Shown: positions 21,076 to 28,807 of the stretch, in pieces
Position numbering within the stretch: the stretch's first letter is position 1
Layout of the letters: every line of letters begins with the position of its first letter
Virus record (IMG/VR): IMGVR_UViG_2859725622_000004
Location: 1-64,000 of that record
Source of the DNA: a virus
Taxonomy: Duplodnaviria; Caudoviricetes
Length of the DNA stretch: 64,000 bases
Reading direction: 5' to 3' (one strand)
Translations under genes and position numbers: made by a program
Notes under the pieces: model-generated
What the model was told of the DNA's origin: nothing
What the model saw: the letters and a program-made list of their open reading frames with translations, nothing else
Database searches by the model: none

Positions 21076-21102
21076 GTGTTACCTCAGTTGTTACCTGTTA
21101 CC
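20836..21102 (-). repeat. GGTAACA repeats: six inside terS, three upstream of its ATG, one inverted
   Basis: GTTACC on + strand at 20836, 20848, 20863, 20875, 20887, 20899, 21078, 21090, 21097; GGTAAC at 20926. Confidence 0.9.
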
Positions 21103-21133
21103 CAAATTTCAAAAGTTGAAAGCTAGACGCAGA

Positions 21134-21180
21134 ACGGGGCGCGCAATGTCCCGTGTAATAAATGTTGCCAGGAGGGACCC
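21134..21180 (-). other. Putative cos site (cosQ-like GGGTCCC plus dyad cosN-like ACGGG-N11-CCCGT)
   Basis: Resembles lambda cosQ GGGTCCT and spacing; upstream of terS. Confidence 0.6.
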
Positions 21181-21186
21181 ATTTTT

Positions 21187-21711
21187 TTATTGATACTGAT
21201 TATCAACTGAACGGGCCGAACTATGGTGATAAAACTCCCCATAAGACTGCTGGCAAAACGAGTCGTATGCCTTGGCAGCATCATCAACGCTAACAAAGCT
21301 ACCTAATCGGTATTTCTTCCCGTCCATCTGCGCCTGAGCAATCCAGCGATTACCTTGCTTATAGACACCCTTTGCGCCTGATGTATTGGCTTTAGTGATA
21401 CCAACATTCCTTTTGTTTTCTGCTCGAGTAGCAACGCGAAGATTGCTAATGCGATTATCTACCTTTACCTCATTCACATGGTCAATCTGACTGTTGGCTT
21501 GCTCACCTGTCATATAGAGCCATGCAAGGCGATGCCCCTTATAGCGACGACCATCAATTTGTATTTCTACATAGCCTGTTGTCATATTGGTGCGCCCAGC
21601 CACTGAGCCAGCTACAGCCCTAAAGTTACGATAGACCAGCCACATAAATGCACCTGTATCAGGATCATAGTGAAGTAGCTCTTTCAGTCTTTCTTGGGTT
21701 AACTCTTTCAT
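21187..21711 (-). CDS. HNH endonuclease with AP2-like C-terminal domain
   Basis: HRLAWLY, IDHVNEVKVDNRISNLR; YRLGSF...AAKAYD. Confidence 0.9.
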   Translation of the reverse strand: MKELTQERLKELLHYDPDTGAFMWLVYRNFRAVAGSVAGRTNMTTGYVEIQIDGRRYKGHRLAWLYMTGEQANSQIDHVNEVKVDNRISNLRVATRAENKRNVGITKANTSGAKGVYKQGNRWIAQAQMDGKKYRLGSFVSVDDAAKAYDSFCQQSYGEFYHHSSARSVDNQYQ

Positions 21712-21787
21712 GTATCACCTGCAATTTAGGCAATAAAAAACCCCGCATAGGCGAGGCATGTTAGTTATACAATGGTTGAGTAGTTTG

Positions 21788-22432
21788 TTATTTAGCCGTC
21801 GTCAACGCCTGCTCGATTGCCAGGCTTAACGCGCCAGGCATTAAAGCCTGTGCCATTGCATTCGCCCGGTCGAAGTATCCAAGCGTTGGTTTAACTGCCA
21901 ATGCGTCACCAAACTGAATCAGCAGCTTAGGTGCTCTTTGTTTCTCTCTGGCGCGATGCACACCGTTAGGAGAGCGCTTCTGACGTTTCTTAACCTTTTT
22001 GCTCTTCTTGCCTTTTTTTCGCTGGAAGAAACCACTAACGCCATTCACCTCACCAACAAAGACATTTTCCTTAGCCTTGAGCTGCTGCGTTTTATTACGG
22101 GCTAAGTTCCCAAACTTATTCAACTTAATGTTCTTGGGGTTAAGCAGCGCCTGACCATTGAGCTTGTGCTGACCGCCGAACTCGAACGGTTCGAGATAAC
22201 TGGCAGCAATATCACGCACAAATACTTTGGCCTGCAATCGGTCTTTGCGGGCACCAAACGAGCCAACAGAATTAACAGTGAAAGGGGTCGGATTATCCAG
22301 ATTGCGCTGCATACCCACTTTTTGAGCATCTGCAATCTGGCGAGCAACACTTGTTAGTGCCTGAGCAGTAGCAAAGGGGATCTGCTTTTTTATCGACTGC
22401 AACTGATTGGATAAATCTTTAAGAGTTGCCAT
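21788..22432 (-). CDS. gpZ-like minor tail/neck protein
   Basis: KQIPFATAQALT...LDNPTPFT motif; basic. Confidence 0.55.
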   Translation of the reverse strand: MATLKDLSNQLQSIKKQIPFATAQALTSVARQIADAQKVGMQRNLDNPTPFTVNSVGSFGARKDRLQAKVFVRDIAASYLEPFEFGGQHKLNGQALLNPKNIKLNKFGNLARNKTQQLKAKENVFVGEVNGVSGFFQRKKGKKSKKVKKRQKRSPNGVHRAREKQRAPKLLIQFGDALAVKPTLGYFDRANAMAQALMPGALSLAIEQALTTAK

Positions 22433-22476
22433 GATCTATCCCAAAATAGAAAAGCCACCGGCTTCGGTTGTGTGTC

Positions 22477-22509
22477 TTAGATGACCACAGTCAGTGTAGT
22501 ATACTACAC
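22477..22509 (+). promoter_or_regulatory. Sigma70-like promoter TTAGAT-N17-TATACT overlapped by 16-bp perfect palindrome GTGTAGTATACTACAC
   Basis: Read directly: palindrome at 22494-22509. Confidence 0.5.
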
Positions 22510-22580
22510 CGCTCAGGGACGATTTTCTTAACCACTACAATAGATAAATCAAATACTTACTTTAACTATTGGAGTGCCAT

Positions 22581-22697
22581 ATGAAATTTATAATCAAATT
22601 ACTATTAGCTATTGACGACTTATCATCGGTAAACATCATTCTGAAAACGATCTATCATTTGGTTCAATACTACTTCCCACTCCCTCCGGCCGCTTAA
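22581..22697 (+). CDS. 38-aa hydrophobic small protein
   Basis: GGAG RBS then MKFIIKLLLAIDDLSSVNIILKTIYHLVQYYFPLPPAA*; absent from ORF track because of size. Confidence 0.45.
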   Translation: MKFIIKLLLAIDDLSSVNIILKTIYHLVQYYFPLPPAA

Positions 22698-22779
22698 GGC
22701 GCCGATATAGAAGCATCACCAATGAAACAGGCGATCACCTCCATCGAGAGAAGCTATCTATTCCTTGTCGGGGGAATTC

Positions 22780-23061
22780 TCAGCAGTCAGCATCCGGACG
22801 AGCTACTGCGCGACAGGCCCACATACAAGCCTCCTGCATTTTGGTACGAGCAATAGATAGACAGCGACCAGCCTCATGCGCATCAGCAGAGTGATTGCCT
22901 GTCACTATCAGCTCGTCATTTACCCATGCTTTCTGTTTTTCAAGAAGTAAGCAAAATTCACGACTTACCCCTTTTAATTGATTCATGTCGTCAATTTCTT
23001 TCGGTCCGAGCGTCCGATAGCCTTTTACTGTACTGCCGTCTTGTGGCTTTGCTTCACTCAT
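22780..23061 (-). CDS. acb2: Acb2-like cyclic-oligonucleotide sponge (anti-CBASS)
   Basis: KGYRTL..KEIDDMNQLK and GRCLSIARTKMQEACMWACRAVARPD align with Pseudomonas phage Acb2 KGYRDLSQEEIDMMNRVK / [26 protein letters not shown] as recalled. Confidence 0.75.
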   Translation of the reverse strand: MSEAKPQDGSTVKGYRTLGPKEIDDMNQLKGVSREFCLLLEKQKAWVNDELIVTGNHSADAHEAGRCLSIARTKMQEACMWACRAVARPDADC

Positions 23062-23093
23062 GATTTATCCTGTGGGGTTACTTCAGGCACATG

Positions 23094-23615
23094 CTATTGA
23101 TGTGTGGTGCTGTTAATTATTAACCGGCCGTCAGCGACAACCTTTTGTAGCGCGGTGACCTTCTCGACTAACTTGTCGGCTCGTTCAGCGATTGAAATAA
23201 GAAACCCGACATCTGCGTCTGAAAATCCGCAGTCTCTGGCTGCATCAGTGAGCTGTCCACTGGCGGGAGTAACGGGCATATCCCCAACTGAAGCGGCGAG
23301 ACACTCGAAACGCTTTTGCAGCTTGATATTGCCAGCACGGTAAGCAGCAATAGTGCCTTTTGCTTTGTTCTCAGCATCTACTACCCCTTGTTGATATGCC
23401 TTTAATCCGGCTGACTGGGCAGCCTGAAGTTGAGCCTCTTTTTCGGTAGCACTTTTTTTGGCGGCTATTTCTGCCGTTAGGTCTGATTTATCGCGCTTAG
23501 TCCACTTGAGAGACCATTCCGAGTTTTTACTATCGCTACCCCACCAGTACCCGCCGCCGACTAAAACTGAAATCGTCAGTGCGACGGCTATCAATCTCAA
23601 TAGGGTTTCTTTCAT
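23094..23615 (-). CDS. i-spanin (Rz-like)
   Basis: N-terminal TM helix, coiled coil; after endolysin. Confidence 0.85.
   Translation of the reverse strand: MKETLLRLIAVALTISVLVGGGYWWGSDSKNSEWSLKWTKRDKSDLTAEIAAKKSATEKEAQLQAAQSAGLKAYQQGVVDAENKAKGTIAAYRAGNIKLQKRFECLAASVGDMPVTPASGQLTDAARDCGFSDADVGFLISIAERADKLVEKVTALQKVVADGRLIINSTTHQ
23168..23377 (-). CDS. o-spanin (Rz1-like) embedded lipoprotein
   Basis: Nested in Rz in another frame; signal peptide with LAISSC lipobox; Pro-rich. Confidence 0.75.
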   Translation of the reverse strand: MLRTKQKALLLLTVLAISSCKSVSSVSPLQLGICPLLPPVDSSLMQPETADFQTQMSGFLFQSLNEPTS

Positions 23616-24007
23616 GCGGGTATCTCAATGTGAGGCGCATCTAAGAACTTAGCGGGCTTGTCATTTGGGTTATCAGTCCAACTGATACCAAAACGCAGCT
23701 TAATGCCCAGCTCTTTACCCGCACGGTGCATGGCATCCAATACCGGCAGCCAGCACTTATAGTTATTCCAGTCACCGCCAACGGGGAACAGATCAACCGC
23801 ATTCCCAGAGATATGACGGCTGTTCATTGTTTGACTCTTGCCAGTGGCCACCAGCTCTTTTTGCCGTTCTACCGTGCGGACACCTTCGATCACGCCAAAA
23901 TCTACGATTGATAGCTCAAGGGCGCGGCGGACTACTTTCACCAATACAGGGTTAACACCTTTGAGGTTATTATCACTCCGCTGGCTGAATCTGAAATTAC
24001 TTGTCAT
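23612..24007 (-). CDS. Endolysin, M15 family (L-Ala-D-Glu peptidase)
   Basis: EGVRTVERQKEL...SRHISGNAVD...DAPHIE. Confidence 0.9.
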   Translation of the reverse strand: MTSNFRFSQRSDNNLKGVNPVLVKVVRRALELSIVDFGVIEGVRTVERQKELVATGKSQTMNSRHISGNAVDLFPVGGDWNNYKCWLPVLDAMHRAGKELGIKLRFGISWTDNPNDKPAKFLDAPHIEIPA

Positions 24008-24335
24008 TCTCTTTTCCTTCTTCCATTGGCCTGCCCGTTACCTTCCACTTGAACAAGCTGGATAAATAATCCGTGCCGAGATAACCAATAATTACACTAG
24101 AGAGGTATGCGAGGTCGGTCGATAACCCGAAGAAATTAAGTAGGTCACGCACCGCAAAAGCTATCGCAGCACACATCAGTGCATCCAAAAAACATCTACG
24201 CCATGGCTTCTCGTTATACCGGCCACGTAACCAGGCGATAATCCCAGCGATCCCGCCATAGCCCAACTCGGGACGATGTGCGGCTATCCATCGGGTAATG
24301 ATGTCCATAAGGTCAGGGTTGTTATGCATTTTCAT
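23997..24335 (-). CDS. Holin, lambda S family, with Met-Lys-Met dual start
   Basis: MKM start (24335/24329); three hydrophobic segments; IIGYLGTD motif. Confidence 0.85.
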   Translation of the reverse strand: MKMHNNPDLMDIITRWIAAHRPELGYGGIAGIIAWLRGRYNEKPWRRCFLDALMCAAIAFAVRDLLNFFGLSTDLAYLSSVIIGYLGTDYLSSLFKWKVTGRPMEEGKENDK

Positions 24336-24584
24336 ATCTCCCCCTCCCATACGGGCTGGGCGTGTAGTTAAGGACTTTAGCCCACCAGTGCAGCCACTCA
24401 TCTGTTAATAGTGTGTGTGGAGTTGATTGGGTGACTGATGGGCTAAAACTGAAAAAGGCCACGAATTAACACTGTCTAATAGTTGCCTGCTTTTAACCAC
24501 GTCAGGCGAGGTGCATCCTGTCATTCCCCAACAACATGGATTCGGTTAATCTGAATACCCCCAACAATATGAAGAGTATTTATT

Positions 24585-25106
24585 GTGATCGCAGAATTGA
24601 CGGCTGTAATGACAGCAATCCGTGAAACGGCAAATCTAGCTAAAGTAATAAATGATGCAAAAACAGACGCTGAAATTAAGAAGGCAATTTCAGAACTACA
24701 GTCGCGATTATTAATGCTCCAGCATGAGAGCTTCACACTTGGAGATCTGATCCGCTCTCGTGATGAAGAGCTGTCCCATGTCAAAGCAAAACTGGCAGAG
24801 GCTGAAAATTTCACAAAGGAGTCTGAAGGTTACGTTCTTAACAAAGCGGAGTCGGGAACGTTGATGTACTCCAAGAAGCAAGCGATGAACGGTGAAGAGT
24901 TGATAGTGAATGTATGCCCACAGTGCTTTCATCATCATAAAATATCTATACTTCAACCTGGCATAACTACCGGTGTAAAAGGCGGCTTTTTTGTTCATTA
25001 TTGCCCTACATGCAAGAGTGAATTTAAAATGAATAAGCTACCTCCAGCAAAGCCACTTCGCATTGCTGGGTCAGGCCCTCGGTTTGGTGGTAATGGCGGC
25101 TGGTAA
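24585..25106 (+). CDS. Hypothetical moron: coiled coil plus CPQC...CPTC zinc ribbon
   Basis: ORF with RBS, antisense to the late operon. Confidence 0.7.
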   Translation: MIAELTAVMTAIRETANLAKVINDAKTDAEIKKAISELQSRLLMLQHESFTLGDLIRSRDEELSHVKAKLAEAENFTKESEGYVLNKAESGTLMYSKKQAMNGEELIVNVCPQCFHHHKISILQPGITTGVKGGFFVHYCPTCKSEFKMNKLPPAKPLRIAGSGPRFGGNGGW

Positions 25107-25252
25107 AAACAATTTAAGTATTAGAAAAAAGGCCTACCGAGATGAGCCCTGAATGGGCACCAGAGAGAATCTGGCATTATCCCTTTGCTTTCCACAGTCA
25201 AGGGAAGCTGATAAATTGACTATTCCATAGTAAACCTAAGGGATTGAGAATC

Positions 25253-25444
25253 ATGGTAAAACAGACGAAATGCCCTAAATGCGAATCCACTTCATTTGAG
25301 TTAAACAGTGGTACTAAAGTTGACGGTTGCAGGCACAACATTCATTTTATTCAGTGTGCGTCGTGTGGTGCGGCTATTTCTGTAGTTAGTGATAGACACA
25401 ATTTTCTTTTCGAAGAAATAGCTAAAAAGCTTGGAATCAGCTAA
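25253..25444 (+). CDS. Small zinc-ribbon protein (CPKC...CASC)
   Basis: ORF followed by terminator hairpin CCCTGACAGATGTCGGGG plus T-run. Confidence 0.65.
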   Translation: MVKQTKCPKCESTSFELNSGTKVDGCRHNIHFIQCASCGAAISVVSDRHNFLFEEIAKKLGIS

Positions 25445-25504
25445 GTGTGGGCACATTCCACAAATAATTATGCCCTGACAGATGTCGGGGCTTTTATTTT
25501 TTGA

Positions 25505-25650
25505 AGCCGGTTACGGTTCCGGCGTCAACATCTACCAATGTGCTGACCGCATACCTTTCAGTGTACTTCTGTGGTGGTGGGGAATTCGCCGACGTCGTTT
25601 CACTGGTGTTCCACTTGTATCCCCACACATCGGTGCCTGCTTTCACCACA
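25505..25650 (-). ncRNA. Candidate structured RNA in the late leader
   Basis: Nested stems TGTGGTG/CACCACA (25570-25650) and GTGGGG/CCCCAC; GCCGG hairpin 25505-25522. Confidence 0.35.
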
Positions 25651-25716
25651 TTCGGCTGGATACTGTTTCACAACGATTGGATTAACCAATCCAGTACCCA
25701 TGCGAATGTAGAAAGC

Positions 25717-25832
25717 AAAAAGCCCCGGCGATTAACCGAGGCTTAAAATTTAGTGCAGCAGTATTACTGACTTGCTAATTCTACATAGGGGATAATCCCG
25801 CATGTAAAAAAGCCCCGCGATATGCGAGGCTT
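25717..25832 (-). terminator. Two tandem intrinsic terminators
   Basis: GC hairpins with A-runs on + strand at 25717-25744 and 25806-25832. Confidence 0.65.
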
Positions 25833-25861
25833 ATAATGCGAAAAGAATGTGGGCTTATTTA

Positions 25862-26278
25862 TTAATTAACATATTTTTCTGCCCAAGATCTATGTACTGG
25901 GGTCATACCTGAAAAATTTTGAACCTGCTTGGCTCTTGAAGACGTAACATGAAAAAAACGCCAACACGCAGAGATCATTTCTCCCCACGATAAACCTGTA
26001 TAAGGATAGTGCGAATCGCCAACATCGGACTCCAAGTACCATGCATGGAAACCCTCAGAAGGGGCGCAATCTGTAATATTTATTATTAGGGCATTAAGGA
26101 GGGGATAATTATTGTCTATACAGAACTTCCCAACAGCTCCTGCATATTCTCCGACCATGTTATGGCTTAGTCCAAAAGCATTTTCCAACTCATGGTATGG
26201 AACGACTCTTTTATCTTGTGCAACTTGCGATAGGTGGCGCAAAAAATAGTCAAAAGTAGTAGGGTTTATAGCAAACAT
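25862..26278 (-). CDS. Hypothetical protein, winged-helix-like
   Basis: PYHELENAFG...GKFCIDNNYPLLNALII...PSEGF pattern; ATG at 26278. Confidence 0.6.
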   Translation of the reverse strand: MFAINPTTFDYFLRHLSQVAQDKRVVPYHELENAFGLSHNMVGEYAGAVGKFCIDNNYPLLNALIINITDCAPSEGFHAWYLESDVGDSHYPYTGLSWGEMISACWRFFHVTSSRAKQVQNFSGMTPVHRSWAEKYVN

Positions 26279-26880
26279 AATCAATCTCCGAAAGAAGGTA
26301 TGTACTTGAATGAAGGCATAAAGCAGCTTCGGTAGACAGCATAACACTTCATTAAGTGAACCTAATGATTAGGGTCAAGTAAATGATATAAACAGTGGAC
26401 GTCTAATCTAAGACTTTAACCAACCTACCAGTATAAACTTGCCAACCTCAGGATTTAATACCGTTTTTTCGATCTGATACATAATGTTAAAACTAGTGTT
26501 TTTGATTGTGTAAGCTACGTGACAAAGTAACCACTCTTAGCAGAGTAATAGGTAAAATTCGTAACGAATAGTTTTTTATACGTTTTTTTATTAGTTCATA
26601 CTTACTGTTACACCCATTGAACTCTGGGCCAATCAGATCTGACAGCCAGCTCGGTGCCAATACCGGACATTCAACGCACTAAAACATACTAATACAGCGA
26701 GGCAACACTTACTTGTCAGAAGATAACGCCCCAGATAAATCGTGTGATTAACTACAGGAAGTAGCACTGATTTAATATTTGGTATTATGAATATTGGTTT
26801 CCTGACTTTTCATATTCTTCCTGGCAAATTACACTCCTGAATTAGCTTTTCAAAATATTCTCAATCTGGGAGACAACCTC

Positions 26881-27803
26881 ATGACTCTGGAGCCGGCAAT
26901 CGCTAGGCTTGTTGACGACTTTATCGCAGCAGGTCGCCCGTCATCTCGTAATCAGACATTTGAAGAACGTCGTGCCACGTATGTTGCAAGCACAGCTCTG
27001 TCCGGTGATATTGAGCAGCGCGTAAATGTTGAAGATATGGTTATTCAAGGGATTTCGTTGCGTATCGTATCGCCCTTAAATGAGGGGGGGGGGTTTTGCC
27101 TGCGATTGTCTATTATCATGGTGGTTGTTTTGTGAGTGGCGGTTTTTTAACACATGATAATCAGCTGCGACAACTTGCCTTCCTGAGTGGTTGTAGAGTC
27201 GTTGCGGTACAATATCGTTTAGCTCCAGAACATACTTATCCAGCTGCACATGATGATGCGGAACATGCTGCGAACATTGTTTGGCAACACGCACAAGCGT
27301 TGGGCATTGATCGAAACCATATAACATTAATGGGGGATAGCGCGGGAGGCCATCTTGCCCTGATAACAGCACTTCGATTGAGAAACACCAAACAATGGCT
27401 GCCCCAGCAGTTGGTACTTATTTACCCCATGCTGGATGCAACTGCATCATTTGAAAGCCACAAGCTAAATGGTAACGATTATGTGCTAACAAGCGACACG
27501 CTACTTAGCGGTTTCGAAGCCTATTTTCCTCATACTGAATTTACTCATCCTGAAGTCAGCCCGTTACTGCATGGTGATTTATCTGCGTTGCCACCAGTGC
27601 ATATCGTTACAGCGGAATACGACCCGTTGCGCGATGAAGGTGAAGCGCTATTTGTTCGCCTTACTCAGCAAGGGGTAAATTGCACAGCACAACGCTATTT
27701 CGGCGTCATTCACGGTTTCTTTCAGCTTGGGGGGATAAGCCCGACAGCACGGAATCTAATGCGGGACATTTGCGCGCTTATTCGTTCATTGGTTAAGCCG
27801 TAA
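26881..27803 (+). pseudogene. Alpha/beta hydrolase (HSL/Aes-like esterase) frameshifted at a G10 tract
   Basis: HGGC, GDSAGG, YDPLRDEG, IHGFF motifs; N- and C-terminal parts in different frames joined at G10 (27084-27093). Confidence 0.85.
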
Positions 27804-28120
27804 TATCCCGCATTTTCCAGACCATCATCCATCTGTTCATATCGCTTGATAAGAAATGGAGTTGTTGAATGATAGTTTGCTGACATAAAGTCTGCATTTC
27901 GTTCATAGCGGTACCTTTGGTGCTGAAGTGGGCAGTTTCGTGCTAGAAAGAAGACGTTACAAACAGTTAATTGTGTTAATCAAGCGGGAGCAGATCAACT
28001 CCAAGTAAAGGGGGATTTTATTTGACTAGGACGACGCTAAGTTGATCTGCTTCCCAATGAATAGCTCAGTTAGCGTCTACTTCTCGCCCTTAACCGACGC
28101 TAATATTTATCCAATCCTTG

Positions 28121-28546
28121 CTACAGAGCATTGTCAGAACAGGTCTGATACAGTTTTGTACTATCAGATTTATGCGTCCACTCATCCATTTCTAACTTAG
28201 CCCCTGCCATAATCAAACAGGCATCTACAAAAGTTTCAGCCAGCATGAGTTTTAACCGAATCTTACCCTCTGAGCATTTATGCTTCCTGGCAATCGCTGA
28301 CTTTGATATACCCTTTTTATAATGCTGCTCTATCAGATTATACTCTTCGCTGCGTCCTGCCTTTTTTAGCCTGCCTATAGCAGCATCGACTAACAACCCA
28401 TCATTATCACAGCACGACAACCGTGATTTTGTGGTACTGGGTAACAGACCTTTAAATCCTGCTGCAATGGGGGAGTAACCTACGCCACTATCTTCATTTG
28501 CTGCCCAACCGCCCCAGCGTTCTAATACCAATTGAATATCACGCAT
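28121..28546 (-). CDS. Late antiterminator Q
   Basis: MRDIQLVLERWGGWAA...YSPIAAGFKGLLP...CCDNDGL. Confidence 0.9.
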   Translation of the reverse strand: MRDIQLVLERWGGWAANEDSGVGYSPIAAGFKGLLPSTTKSRLSCCDNDGLLVDAAIGRLKKAGRSEEYNLIEQHYKKGISKSAIARKHKCSEGKIRLKLMLAETFVDACLIMAGAKLEMDEWTHKSDSTKLYQTCSDNAL

Positions 28547-28585
28547 ATTATGGATACCCCTCTGAATCCCTGGACGTTACCCAAT

Positions 28586-28616
28586 AAAAAAGCGAGCCGT
28601 ATTTAATATACGACTC
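28586..28616 (-). terminator. Intrinsic terminator directly upstream of Q
   Basis: GAGTCGTAT/ATACGGCTC stem then GCTTTTTT on minus strand. Confidence 0.7.
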
Positions 28617-28807
28617 ACTATTTATATTGATTAGCTATGTAGACATATTACCATAAATCGTAACGATAAATGAGTAAATAACGGTAATATCTTCCATGAT
28701 GGCAGCACGTTAGGCGACGTTAATTGAATTATTTAACAAAGTTAATTCTTAGCGGTGCATTCATCACCAGATCCCCGTCTATTCCAATGCTTCTGCTTTT
28801 GCATCCC

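Noticed and set aside
28033-28077. Integron attC site
   Set aside because: The inverted repeat span is about 45 bp, shorter than typical attC, and core sites do not fit RYYYAAC/GTTRRRY
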